NCBI GenBank assembly: GCA_963845755.1
Contig: CAWJTV010000011.1
Span: 1,120,001-1,184,000, forward strand
Origin: an uncultured Planctomycetota bacterium
Lineage (GTDB): Bacteria; Planctomycetota; Planctomycetia; Isosphaerales; Isosphaeraceae
Reading direction: 5' to 3'
Length of the DNA stretch: 64,000 nucleotides
The notes under the pieces were generated by a model, which had not been told where the DNA came from, searched no databases, and was given only the letters and a program-made list of their open reading frames with translations. This document shows, piece by piece, positions 46,603 to 57,846 of the stretch (position 1 is the first letter of the stretch; each line of letters opens with the position of its first letter). The translations under genes were made by a program, and so were the position numbers.

Positions 46603-48988
46603 ATGTCAACGCGACCAACAGCCTCCACCTCGGTTCGTCGGCCGGTAGCCGGGGCGGTCCGGTTCTTGCTCCTGGTGGTGGGGATCGTGGGAGCATCGGT
46701 TGGTGTGGCCGTGTGGTCAACGGATCCGGCCCGGTCGGCGCGGCCGGTCGCAGTCGCACCGCGACGGGCAGCCCCGGGCCCTCACCAGGTCAAGCCAGAA
46801 TCGCCGGCGGCTCCGGCGACCCCGCCACGGATCCCGCTTTACACCCAGGACTGGACCGACGATAGCGGCGTCGGGCTCGCCGCCCGGTTCTCGCAACCGA
46901 TCACCGACCCGCAGTCGCTCGAGCAGATCCGGGCTTCGGACGAGGGCGCGGGGCCAGCGCGGGATCGCTCAACTGCGCCAGGAGCTGGCCGCGATCGATC
47001 GCCGGACCCCGGCAGGGCGGGTACAGGCGCTCCAGCTCGGCGTCTTCCTGGGGACCCTCCACATGTCGATCGGCGAATTCCACGAGGCCGACCACTGCTT
47101 CGCCGAGGCCCAGGTCGCGGATCCCGACTGCCCGAACCTGCTCAGAGTGAACATCGAGGCGCTCCGCGGGGTCGCGGCCCTGCGGCGTGGGGAGACGGAG
47201 AACTGCGTCGACTGCTGCAACGGGTCGAGCTGCATCTTCCCGCTCGCCCCGGCGGCGGTCCACCTGCAGCCCTCCGGATCGCGCCAGGCGATCCGCCACT
47301 TCACCGGCTATCTCGAGCAGAGGCCCGAGGACCTGGGCGTCCAGTGGCTCTTGAACGTCGCCTACATGACCCTGGGCGAGTATCCCGACGGGGTGCCGAA
47401 AAAGTACGTGATCCCCCTGGGGCCGTACCGGTCGGACGGGGGCGTCGGCCGGCTGGAGAACGTCGCCGGGCGAGTCGGCCTGAGCGCGAGGGGCCCGAAC
47501 ATGTCGGGCGGGATCATCGTCAACGACTTCAACGGCGACGGCCTACTCGACGTCTTCTACTCGACCAGGGACGCGGCGCAGGGCTGCGCCCTGTTCGTCA
47601 ACCGCGGCGATGGCACGTTCGAGGACCGTTCCGCCCAGGCCGGGATCACGTCGCAGGTCGGGGCCCTGAATTGCAACGACGCCGACTACGACAACGACGG
47701 CGACCTCGACATCCTGCTGCTGCGGGGCGGCTGGGACCTGGCCCGTCGGCCTTCGTTGCTGCGCAACGAGGGAGACGGCCGCTTCACCGATGTGACGGTC
47801 GCCGCCGGCCTGTGCGAGCCGATCGCCTCGCAGGCCGGCGCCTGGGCCGACTACGACAATGACGGTAAGGTCGACCTGTACATCGCCGGCGAGTTCCGGC
47901 CCGAGAACGCCGACCCGGGCAACCGGGGGCGGCTCTACCACAACAACGGCGACGGCACCTTCACCGATGTCGCCGACTCGGCCGGCGTCTGCAATGAGCG
48001 CTATGGCAAGGGCGTTGCCTGGGGCGACTACGATAACGACGGCCGGCCCGACCTGTACATCTCGAACTTGAACGAGGGGAACCGTCTGTACCACAACAAC
48101 GGCGATGGCACCTTCACCGACGTGGCCAGGCGATTGGGCGTGGCCGAGCCTTACACCAGCTTCTCTTCCTGGTTCTGGGACTACGACAACGACGGCCGGC
48201 TGGACATCTTCGCCACCGGCTCCCATGCCACCCTCGCGGAGATCATCTTGAGCCAACTGGGCCGCCCGACCGGCGGCGAGCGCCCGCGACTGTACCACAA
48301 CGAAGGGGGCCGGTTCACCGACGTGACGAAGGAGGCCGGCCTCGACCGGGTCTGGCTGCCGATGGGCTCGAATTTCGGCGACGTCGACAACGACGGCTTC
48401 CCCGACTTCTACCTGGGCACCGGCAGTCCGCCCTATTCCTACCTGGTGCCCAACGTCCTCATGCATAACGTCGACGGCCGCCGGTTCGAGGACATCACCA
48501 TCGCCTCGGGCACGGGCCATCTCCAGAAGGGACACGGTGTCTCGTTCGCCGACTGGGACCGCGACGGCGACGTGGACCTGTTCCTCGAGTCCGGCGGCGC
48601 GGTACCGGGAGACAAGGCCCATAACGCCCTCTTCGAGAACCCAGGACATGGTCGTCGCTGGTTGACGCTCCGGCTGGTCGGCACGCGGTCCAACCGTGCT
48701 GCGATCGGTGCCCGGGTGCGCGTGGATCTGTCCGGGCCCGACGGCCGGCGCTCGGTCCACTCCGCGATCGGCGGCGGTTCGAGCTTCGGCAACAACCCGT
48801 TGACGCCGACCATCGGCCTGGGCCGGGCCACGGCGATCGACGCGGTGGAGATCACCTGGCCGGATGGGGGCACGCGCCAGGTCGTGCGCGGCCTGCCAAT
48901 CGACCGGGCCGTCGAGATCATCGAGGGACGCGAGGGTTTCCGCGTCCTGGACTGGACGCCGGTCCCTCGATCGGGGCATGGGTCCTGA
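46603..48988 (+). CDS. CRTAC1-family protein with N-terminal anchor and helical Cys-containing domain; frameshift near 46945
   Basis: TM segment; GETENCVDCCNGSSCIFP; DYDNDG repeats; GTGHLQKGHG; SNRAAIGARV. Confidence 0.92.
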
Positions 48989-49133
48989 GATGGTCGCAGT
49001 CGTAGGCTGGGTCCGGCCTCGATTGATCGAGGCGAGGCCCGCCGGACTCGCTGACGTGACGACCGATCTCCAGCCGGATAGACTGGAGACCGTCGGGTCT
49101 CCTCGATCCCGCTCTCGATCCCCGGACATTCAC

Positions 49134-52100
49134 ATGAATCGAACGACATTGGCTTACTGCGTTGGCCTCGCATTCACCATCATCACTCGATCGATTGCGG
49201 GCGACGATTTCCCGACTCCTCGCAACACGGAACCATCAACGACGCGGGCATCCCTCCAGCCGAGGCCGCAGCCGGCTTCCGGGCTCCGCCGGGGTTCCGC
49301 GTCTCGGCCTTCGCGGCCGAGCCCGACGTCCAGAACCCGATCGCGATGGCCTGGGACCGGCGCGGTCGGCTCTGGATCGCTGAGAACTACACCTATTCCG
49401 ACGCAACCGATCGGTTCGACCTCCGTCATCGCGATCGCGTGCTCATCTTCGAGGATGCTGATGCCGACGGCCGGTTCGACCGTCGCACCGTGTTCACCGA
49501 CGACGTGCAGATGCTCGCCAGCGTCGAGCTCGGATTCGGCGGTGCCTGGCTGCTGTGTCCGCCGCGGCTGCTGTTCGTCCCCGACCGCAATCGGCGACGA
49601 CGTCCCCGACGGTCCCGGCCGAGGTCGTACTCGACGGGTTCTCCGTTGTGGTCGATAACCATCACACGTTTGCCAACGGCCTGAAGTGGGGACCGGACGG
49701 CTGGCTCTATGGACGTTGCGGGGCATCTTCCCCGGGACAGGTCGGGATCCCCGGCACACCCGACGCCTTGCGGATCCCTCTCCGCGGCGGCCTCTGGCGA
49801 TTTCATCCGCTTCGCAAGCGGTTCGAGGTCCTCGCCCACGGCACGACCAATCCCTGGGGACACGACTGGAATGCGCTCGGCGAGGCGTTCTTCATCAACA
49901 CGGTCAACGGCCACCTCTGGCACCTGATCCCGGGCTCGCACCTCGTCCGCCCCCACACGATCGAGCCGAACCCCCGGGCGTACGCGCTGATCGACCAGCA
50001 CGCCGACCACTGGCACTGGGACAACTCCAAGCCACTCACCTACGGCAGCAAGGTCGGTCCCGACGACGGCCGGCGCGGCGGCGGGCATGCCCATAGCGGA
50101 CTCATGATCTACCTGGCCGATCAATGGCCGGAATCCTATCGAGGCCAGCTCCTGACCCTGAACTTCCACGGTCGGCGCGACAACGTCGAGCGGCTCGAAC
50201 GGTCCGGCAGCGGCTACGTCGGCCGCCACGAGCCGGACATCCTCTTCGCCGCCGATCCCTGGTTCCGCGGGATCGACCTCGGGTACGGGCCGGACGGCGG
50301 CGTCTTCCTGCTCGACTGGAGCGATACCGGCGAATGCCACGATCATGAGGGCGTCCACCGCACCTCGGGTCGGATCTACAAGGTCACGTATGGGAAGCCT
50401 TCCCAGGTGATGGTCGGCGACCTGTCGAAGCTCGACGAGCGCGCGCTGGCCGACCTGCACCGGCACCCGAACGAGTGGTTCGTCCGCCAGGCCCGGCGCG
50501 TGTTGGCCGACCGCGCGGCACGTGGAGAACCGCTCCACGAAACGAAGAAGGCCCTCCGCACTCTCTTCGACGAAGACCCTGACCCGGTGCGCAAGCTGAG
50601 GGGGCTCTGGTCACTCTACGTCATCGGTGCGGCGGATGATTCCTTCGTCCGACGCCTGCTGGATCACGAGCACGAATCGGTGCGCACCTGGGCGGTCCGG
50701 CTGCTCACCGACGATTGGTCGCTCGACACCATCTTCAGCGATCGGATCGGACCCGATGTCGAACCACCTCCCGACCTACTGGCCAAACTGACCGCAATGG
50801 CCCGCGACGACTCCTCGGGCCTGGTGCGGCTGGTGCTGGCCTCGACGTTGCAACGGCTGCCGGTGAACCGGCGCATTCCCCTGGCCCGCGCCTTCTCTCA
50901 CATACCGAGGACGCCCACGACCACAACCTGCCGTCCCTGATCTGGACCGGACTCATCCCCGTCGCGGCGACCGATCCCGCCTCGCTCGCCTCGCTGGCGG
51001 CCGACTGCCGGATCCCCGACGTGGTCGGACTGATCGCCCGGCGACTGGGAGAGGACATCGAGTCCCGGCCTGACGCTCTGAATCGCCTGCTCAGCATCGC
51101 CGCAACGCGCCCCATCGACTTCCAGTCGCAAGTCGTGTCGGGCCTGGCGGCGGCGCTGGCCGGCTGGCGCAAGGCGCGGAAGCCCTCGGGCTGGGATGCG
51201 TTCCAGCGTCAGATTGCCACGACGTCGAATCCAGCCCTCCGCTCGCAGTTTCGGGAGTTGGAAGTCCTCTTCGGCAACGGCCGCGCCCTGGACGAGGTCC
51301 GTCGCCTGGCCCTGGACGAAAACGCGGAGATCGAGGAGCGAAAGACCGCGCTGCGGACCTTGATCGAGAGCCGGCCGACGGATCTACGCGCGATCTGCGA
51401 GAAGCTGGTCCGAGTCCGTTACGTCAATGCGGTCGCTGTGCGCGGGCTCGCCCTCTTCGACGACCCGGCGATCGGCCAGTCGCTGGCCCGGAACTATCGC
51501 GCGTTCCACCCTTCGGAGCGTCCCGCGGCGCTCGAGACCCTGGTCTCCCGCCCGGCCTTCGCCCGGGCGCTGCTCGACCAGGTCGCCGCGGCCAAGATCG
51601 CGCACAACGACGTTACCCCCTTCCATGCGCGGCAGATCCTCAGCCTCAATGACCCGGCCTTGACGAAGCGGCTCTCCGAAGTCTGGGGCGAACTGCGCAG
51701 TTCGTCGGCCGATCGTCGCGATCGGATCGCCGCCCTCAAGCAACGGTTGGACGCGGGGACCCTCGCCCAGGCCGACCGGAGCCGGGGACGTGCGCTCTTC
51801 ACCCGCGTCTGCGCCAGTTGTCATCGACTCCACGGCGAGGGCGGCTCGATCGGTCCCGACCTGACGGGCTCGGGTCGCGACAACCTCGATTACTTGCTCG
51901 AAAACATCGTCAACCCCGCCGCCATGGTCACCGCCGACTTCCGCATGGTCGTGGTCGCGATGAACGACGGCCGCGTCCTCAATGGCCTGGTGAAGGCCCA
52001 GACGGCACGCACCCTGACCCTCCAGACCCAGACCGAGGCGATGGTGCTGGACCGATCCGAGATCGAAGAGGTCAAGCCCTCATCCTCGTCCCTCATGCCC

Positions 52101-52202
52101 GACGGCCTGATCGATACCCTCAAGCCCGACGAGATCCGCGACCTGATCGGTTACCTCGCACATCCGGCGCAGGTGCCTTTGCCAGCAGCCGGCGGAGGGT
52201 GA
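49134..52202 (+). CDS. PVC-type membrane-bound dehydrogenase domain / heme c-binding protein (frameshifted)
   Basis: FAAEPDVQNPIAMAWD, WGPDGWLYG, NPWG, HEAT-like repeats, CASCH, IGPDLTG, SLMPDGL. Confidence 0.92.
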
Positions 52203-52239
52203 GACATCGGCCGGACCCAGTCCCGGTGAGAGAGCTCTC

Positions 52240-52520
52240 ATGAAACGGTTCCGATTCTCAGTTGCGGGCTTGATGGCTGTCATCCTGCTGCTGGCCGTTG
52301 GCATGGCCGCACTTCGCGACCCGACCACGCTCTGGGCCAGGGCGATCTTTACCGCCGCCGTGACCCTCTTCGCGGCATCCCTCCTCGGGGCGATGATTCA
52401 TCGCGGCATCCCTCGGTTCTCGTGGGCGGGCCTGGCCGTCTTCGGATGGGTTTAACTCATCATCAGCTTCGAGCCCTGGCCGGGGAATGCGGTCGGACCG
52501 CCGCCGCTGCTGCCCTCCTC
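52240..52520 (+). pseudogene. Truncated planctomycete membrane protein
   Basis: RFRFSVAGLM...FGWV then TAA where Tyr is expected; the frame continues LIISFEPWP...LLP. Confidence 0.55.
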
Positions 52521-52543
52521 TTTATCACATTTAAGAGGCATTT

Positions 52544-53212
52544 ATGATCGTATCGGAATGGCTGACGTGCGCCGATCCCATTGCGATGCTGGATTATCTC
52601 CACGGCAGGGCCAGCGACCGGAAGCTGAGGCTGTTCGCCTGTGCGTGCTGTCGGCACTACTGGCATCTCCTGAACGAAAAACCGAGTCGCAATGCAGTTC
52701 TCGTTGCGGAGCGGTTCGCTGATGGTCAAGCTACACCGCAAGAACTGGAGGATGCAGGGGAGGAGGCCGTGGATGCCGGTAGGGAGGGTGATGGGACGGG
52801 TCCGGTGGCTTGTTGTCACTTTCCTCCTGACCAATCCTATCCTGTGGAAGCGGCGAAGCATGCGGCTCGGGAAATGATCGATGTGATGAACACGGGGAGA
52901 ATTGTATCAGGTGGCGGCGAGTTGTCGGATGCCGAGTGGAGGGCTGAGCTGTGGGCAGAAGCAGACATTCTACGTGATATCTTCGGCAACCCCTCCCGCC
53001 CCGCCGTCATCGACCCGGTTTGGCTTACACCTGGCGTGATCACGCTCGCCCGGAGCATCGATAACGAACGAGCCTTCGACCACATGCCCTTTCTCGGCGA
53101 TGCCCTGGAAGAAGCGGGCTGCGACAAACCGGACATCCTTGACCACTGCCGATCGCAGAATCAGCATTTTCGGGGATGCTGGGTCATTGATGTAATCCTC
53201 GGCAAGTCGTGA
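52544..53212 (+). CDS. Planctomycete expanded-family protein (often annotated SMI1/KNR4 family)
   Basis: EWLTCADP..ML..L....SDRKLRLFACACCR and LRDIFGNP...DALEEAGC...HCR....HFRGCWVID. Confidence 0.8.
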   Translation: MIVSEWLTCADPIAMLDYLHGRASDRKLRLFACACCRHYWHLLNEKPSRNAVLVAERFADGQATPQELEDAGEEAVDAGREGDGTGPVACCHFPPDQSYPVEAAKHAAREMIDVMNTGRIVSGGGELSDAEWRAELWAEADILRDIFGNPSRPAVIDPVWLTPGVITLARSIDNERAFDHMPFLGDALEEAGCDKPDILDHCRSQNQHFRGCWVIDVILGKS

Positions 53213-53339
53213 GTCGGGTGTACCGAATACTCCTTGACTTCCTCGTGACCGAGCTGACCGACAATCTGAATCCGGCAGACTGCACATTCTGTCGTTCGAC
53301 CCGCCCTACCTCTCCAGATATCACGTAGGAAAGCCGCAT

Positions 53340-54137
53340 CTACTTGTTCGCGATCGCCGCCGTCCAGTGGGTGATCTCGTCGGCGGTCATCATTCCTTGG
53401 GGTTTCAAGCGAGCGTCCTCATAGCCCCACAAACCGATGTCAACCAGGTATTGCTCGCGCGAGAGCAGCGTCCCCTGGCAGAGCTTTTCCGCGGGCTCCG
53501 GTTGCCCCGACTCCCGCCGGAGGCAGTCCGACAACTCCTTCATGACCCAGGATGGGACCGTGTCGCGCTCGCCAGGATAGATAAATCCAAACATCACGAG
53601 ATGCGAGAAGAGAATGCGCCAATCCCGGTCGAACCGACGGAGCAGGCGGTGCCAGTCGAAGTTCCGGCCGCTCTGGCGGATGAGGTGGGCGATGTCGGCC
53701 CCGTCGAACCGTTCGCGCTCCATGACATATCCTTTCGACCAGATAATCTCCTCGGGCGGGCACAGTCGCACCGGGATGCCGAGCAGCTCGGCCGGGACCG
53801 CGTGCGCGAACCAATCGTCGTCAACCGTGGCCACGCCGTTGCCCGATCGGTAGATCACGTCAACGAACCGTTCGACGATCCAGGCCTTGGCCAGCCAATG
53901 AGGGAAGGTGACCTCGGTCCGATAGCCGTGTGCCTCGAACGCACGGAGGATTCGATCCAGATCGCTCGCGCGCACGAAGACGTCGATATCCTTCGTATGC
54001 CGCTCGATCCCGGCCAGGGTCGCCAGGGAATACGCCCCACCCACGAGATAAGGCACGTCGGTTTCATTCAGGATCGTGAGCGTGCGAATATAGAAATCGC
54101 GCGTCCCTTGATCGAGCTCCACATGTCCGGGCTGCAC
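53340..54137 (-). CDS. Uncharacterised pol-beta-superfamily nucleotidyltransferase
   Basis: YLVGGAYSL...RHTKDIDVF (GG + DxD), RERFDGADIAH; SD GGAGG before GTG. Confidence 0.88.
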   Translation of the reverse strand: MQPGHVELDQGTRDFYIRTLTILNETDVPYLVGGAYSLATLAGIERHTKDIDVFVRASDLDRILRAFEAHGYRTEVTFPHWLAKAWIVERFVDVIYRSGNGVATVDDDWFAHAVPAELLGIPVRLCPPEEIIWSKGYVMERERFDGADIAHLIRQSGRNFDWHRLLRRFDRDWRILFSHLVMFGFIYPGERDTVPSWVMKELSDCLRRESGQPEPAEKLCQGTLLSREQYLVDIGLWGYEDARLKPQGMMTADEITHWTAAIANK

Positions 54138-54212
54138 GAGTCCGCCTCCTTGGCAGTAGGCAGTAGGTAATAGGCAACATCCTCAACCCTGCCAATTGTT
54201 CTCTACAGGAGA

Positions 54213-54228
54213 GGCACGGCGCGTGCCG
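54213..54228 (-). promoter_or_regulatory. sigma54-type -24/-12 promoter for the nucleotidyltransferase
   Basis: minus strand cGG-CACGCGCCGT-GCc (GG-N10-GC). Confidence 0.55.
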
Positions 54229-54231
54229 AAC

Positions 54232-54247
54232 CGGCATCGGCTTTGCA
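54232..54247 (+). promoter_or_regulatory. sigma54-type -24/-12 promoter for the metallophosphoesterase
   Basis: cGG-CATCGGCTTT-GCa. Confidence 0.7.
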
Positions 54248-54298
54248 ACCGAGGGATTTACTACCTACTGCCTACTGCCTACTGCCTGGGAGGCGGAC

Positions 54299-55084
54299 AT
54301 GCTCGACTCGGAAAACCTGGTGCGTCTGGCCGCGGTAGGAGATCTGCATTGCACCAAGAAGTCGCAGGGGCAGTTCCAGGCGTTATTCACGGCGGCGGCT
54401 GAGCAGGCGGACATCCTGGTTCTCTGCGGCGACTTGACCGACTATGGCCTACCGGAGGAGGCCGAGATCCTGGTCCGGGAGATGGCCGGCGCCGCCAAGC
54501 TTCCGACGATCGCCGTCCTGGGCAACCACGACTTCGAGTCGGGGCACGAGGCGGAGGTCCGGCAAATCCTGGTCGATGCGGGCATGATCGTGCTCGATGG
54601 CGATGCCATCGAGGTGCGCGGGATCGGCTTCGCGGGTGCGAAGGGGTTCGCGGGTGGTTTCGGTCGTGGCACGCTCGGCGCCTGGGGTGAACGAGCCGTC
54701 AAGGTCTTCGTACAAGAAGCGATCGACGAAGCGATGAAGCTCGAGGCGGCCCTGGCGCGCCTTCGCACTGAGCGTCGCATCGCCGTGTTGCATTATGCAC
54801 CGATCCGGGCCACGGTCGAGAACGAGCCGGTCGAGATCTTCCCCTTCCTGGGATGCAGTCGCCTGGAGGACCCGCTCAACCGCTATCCCGTCACGGCCGT
54901 GCTCCACGGCCATGCGCATAACGGCAGCCCGCAGGGCCGGACCAGCGCCGGCGTGCCTGTGTACAATGTCTCGCTGCCCCTGCTCCGCAAGACCTCCCCG
55001 GAATCGCATCCCTTCCGCATCCTCGAGATTCCCACGGGACCGGGCGCGGAGCCCGAGACGCCGGCGACGAAACCGGAGATGTGA
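54299..55084 (+). CDS. Calcineurin-like metallophosphoesterase
   Basis: GDLH, CGDLTD, GNHD, LHY, HGHAH motifs. Confidence 0.92.
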   Translation: MLDSENLVRLAAVGDLHCTKKSQGQFQALFTAAAEQADILVLCGDLTDYGLPEEAEILVREMAGAAKLPTIAVLGNHDFESGHEAEVRQILVDAGMIVLDGDAIEVRGIGFAGAKGFAGGFGRGTLGAWGERAVKVFVQEAIDEAMKLEAALARLRTERRIAVLHYAPIRATVENEPVEIFPFLGCSRLEDPLNRYPVTAVLHGHAHNGSPQGRTSAGVPVYNVSLPLLRKTSPESHPFRILEIPTGPGAEPETPATKPEM

Positions 55085-55129
55085 GACGACTCGCACTCTG
55101 ATCCCATCGCCGAGATTCGCGCGAACCGT

Positions 55130-55622
55130 TCACGCCCGTTCCTCGGGCCGGGTGACATCCGGCACGTCCACCCCCAGCGCGGTCGCCAGGTCCATCTGGT
55201 GTTCCTGTTCGTTGACCAGGATACTGCGGATCTGCTCGGCCAGAGCATATTCGCCGAGTGCCTCGCACTGGCGCACGCGCTCGCGATAATTCCGGATCGT
55301 TTCGTTCTCATTCTCCAGGTCGAAGCGGAGCATCTCTTCCGCCTTCTCCGAGGTCTTCACCGGCCTGGGCGTCACCGACGGCATGCCGCCGAGGTAATCG
55401 ATCTGCTTGGCGATTGTCAGCGCAGTGCTGAAGCTCCTGCTTCGCGTGCAGCTCCAGTTCGCCGGCGATGTTCATGTACTGTGCGCCCTTGAGGACCTGC
55501 GAATACACCACATAGGCGATGATCGCCTGGTACTCGCGGGAGAGGTCCTGGTTGAGCAGCTCGATCAACTGCTCGCGGGAAACCGTCTTCGATCCTGTGG
55601 ATGCGGTCGCAACGTTGGCCAT
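55130..55622 (-). CDS. Ferritin-like (bacterioferritin-related) protein; frameshift near 55420
   Basis: LLNQDLSREYQAIIAY, QELQHA, IDYLGG.P, DLENENETIRNY, NEQEH di-iron motifs. Confidence 0.9.
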
Positions 55623-55663
55623 GGTATGCTCCTGAACGGGGGATAAACCTTCCACTGCGGCAG

Positions 55664-55679
55664 AGCAAATGTCATGCCG
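55664..55679 (-). promoter_or_regulatory. sigma54-type -24/-12 promoter for the ferritin-like gene
   Basis: minus strand cGG-CATGACATTT-GCt, about 42 bp upstream of ATG. Confidence 0.7.
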
Positions 55680-55895
55680 AGTCCCAATGGCCCACCAACG
55701 GCCCCGCAGCCGGAGCATGCCGGGGGAACGGCCAGGCTCGAGCTTCTCTGTTCCCGCGAGTCTCGACACCTGGCCGCCCCGAGGTACCGAGGGTTGCAAA
55801 CGCCGCACCAGTGACGTTCGGGACCGCGAGAGATCCGGTCGCAAGGGACATTCTGTCTCCCGGTTCGTCCGGTCACGACGTGGCTCGAATCGGCC

Positions 55896-55911
55896 CGGCA
55901 CCGATTTTGCG
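55896..55911 (+). promoter_or_regulatory. sigma54-type -24/-12 promoter for the HAD-ATPase gene
   Basis: cGG-CACCGATTTT-GCg, about 74 bp upstream of ATG. Confidence 0.7.
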
Positions 55912-55984
55912 ACGGGGATACCTTCTCGGGCTTCGCTTGATCGTTAGGTTGAGAAGCCCCTTGTTCTTACGGAGACAGAACCGA

Positions 55985-57762
55985 ATGCGATACCTGGCCC
56001 TGGCTGCCGACTATGATGGGACCCTGGCCAAGGATGGCCATGTCGACGGATCGACCCTGGCGGCCCTCGAGCGATTCCGAGAATCAGGCCGTCGTCTTAT
56101 CCTGGTCACGGGCCGGGAGCTCGATGAACTGCTGGAAATCTTCCCGCGGATCGACCTTTTCGATCGCGTCGTGGTCGAGAACGGCGCGTTGCTCTACCGG
56201 CCCGAGGGCCGTGAGGAAAAGGTGCTGGGCGAGCCTCCTCCTCCCGCGTTGGTCGAGGCGCTCCGGACGCGTGGAGTCGAACCGCTCTCCGTGGGGCGTG
56301 CGATCATCGCCACGCGGGAACCGCAGCAAGGTGCCGTCCTCGATGCCATCCGCGAGCTGGGCCTGGAATGGCAGGTCATCTTCAACAAAGGGTCCGTCAT
56401 GGTGCTCCCCTCGGGCATCAACAAGGCGACAGGCCTGGCCGTCGCGCTCGAGGAGCTGGCCCTCTCGCCGCACAACGTCGTCGGCGTGGGCGACGCCGAG
56501 AACGACCACGCGTTCCTGAGCCTCTGCGAGTTCTCGGCCGCCGTGGCCAACGCGTTGCCGACGCTCAAGGAGCGGGCCGATTTCGTCACCCGGCAGAGTC
56601 ACGGCCGGGGGGTCGTCGAGCTCATCGATCAGATCCTCGCCGACGAACTGGAGACGCTCTCGCGGTGCATGACGCGGCATGCGATCCCCCTCGGCACGCG
56701 CGAGGATGGGACCGAGATCGGCATCGACTGCTACGGAGTGAACATCCTGGTCGCGGGGACATCGGGGAGCGGCAAGTCAACGATCACCACCGGGCTGCTG
56801 GAGCGGCTCGCCGAGGCCGGTTACCAGTTCGCGGTCGTCGATCCCGAGGGGGATTACTCGACGCTCGAAGGCGCGGTCGTCCTGGGCGAGCCGGAGCAGG
56901 CTCCCACCGTCGAGGGAGCCCTCGATCTCCTGGCCGGGCCCCGACAGAATGCCGTGGTCAACCTGGTCGGCATCCCGATCGAGCACCGGCCCGCCTTCTT
57001 CGATGGACTGCTGCCGCGCCTCCAGGAGCTGAGGACCCGGACCGGCCGGCCCCACTGGATCGTCGTCGAACGAGACGCACCACCTCGTCCCTACCACCTG
57101 GCACCCCACCCCGCTGACCCTTCCTCAACAACTGGAAGGGATGCTGCTCATCACCGTCCATCCCGAGAGCATCGCCGAGGCGATGTTGACCGCGGTCGAC
57201 CTGGTCCTGGCCGTGGGCGGATCACCCGAGCAGACCATCCGGGCCTTTTGCAAGGCCGTGGGGGAAAGTCCGCCCAACATTGAACCGACCCAGCTCGAGC
57301 CGGGCGAGGTCCTCGCCTGGTGGCGCCGATCGAACGAATTGCCGATCCGGGTCCGCGGTATCCTCCCGCGCTCGAGAGCGCCGCCGCCATTCCCGCAAGT
57401 ATGCCGAGGGAAACCTGGGACCCGACCGGAGTTTCCACTTCCGGGGTCCGGACGAGAAGCTCAACCTCCGCGCCCAGAACTTGAACCTGTTCCTCCAGAT
57501 CGCCGACGGCGTCGACGACGAGACCTGGACGCATCACCTCCGCCAGGGGGACTATTCGGAATGGTTCCGCGACAAGATCAAGGATGCCGAACTCGCCGAC
57601 GAGACAAAGCGGATCGAGCAGCAGTCGGGGATCAGCCCCCAGGACTCGCGCGCCGCCATCCGCGAGGAGGTCGAACGCCGATACACCCTCCCCAGCGAAC
57701 CGGCGGAGTATACCAAGGCCGCCGAGCCGGCCTCGGAAGTAACGGCCGATTCCAGAAAGTAA
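55985..57762 (+). CDS. HAD-IIB (Cof-like) phosphatase fused to a HerA/DUF87-like P-loop domain (frameshifted)
   Basis: DYDGTL, VTGR, NKATGL, GDAEND; GTSGSGKST, VVDPEGDY; C-term RRHSRKYAEG...SFHFRG. Confidence 0.88.
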
Positions 57763-57846
57763 GACAGTTGTGCTTTCCTCGCCCTCGTATGGGGGAGGTA
57801 GCCGAAGGCCGGTGGGGGTGTGCTCGTTCGCTATAAGGATGCGAGG

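Larger units (their letters stand above)
54140..54298. repeat. 35-bp inverted repeat (heptamers plus SD) bracketing a divergent promoter region
   Basis: gtccgcctccttggcagtaggcagtaggtaatagg (54140-54174) vs cctactgcctactgcctactgcctgggaggcggac (54264-54298); 31 of 35 positions complementary. Confidence 0.85.
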
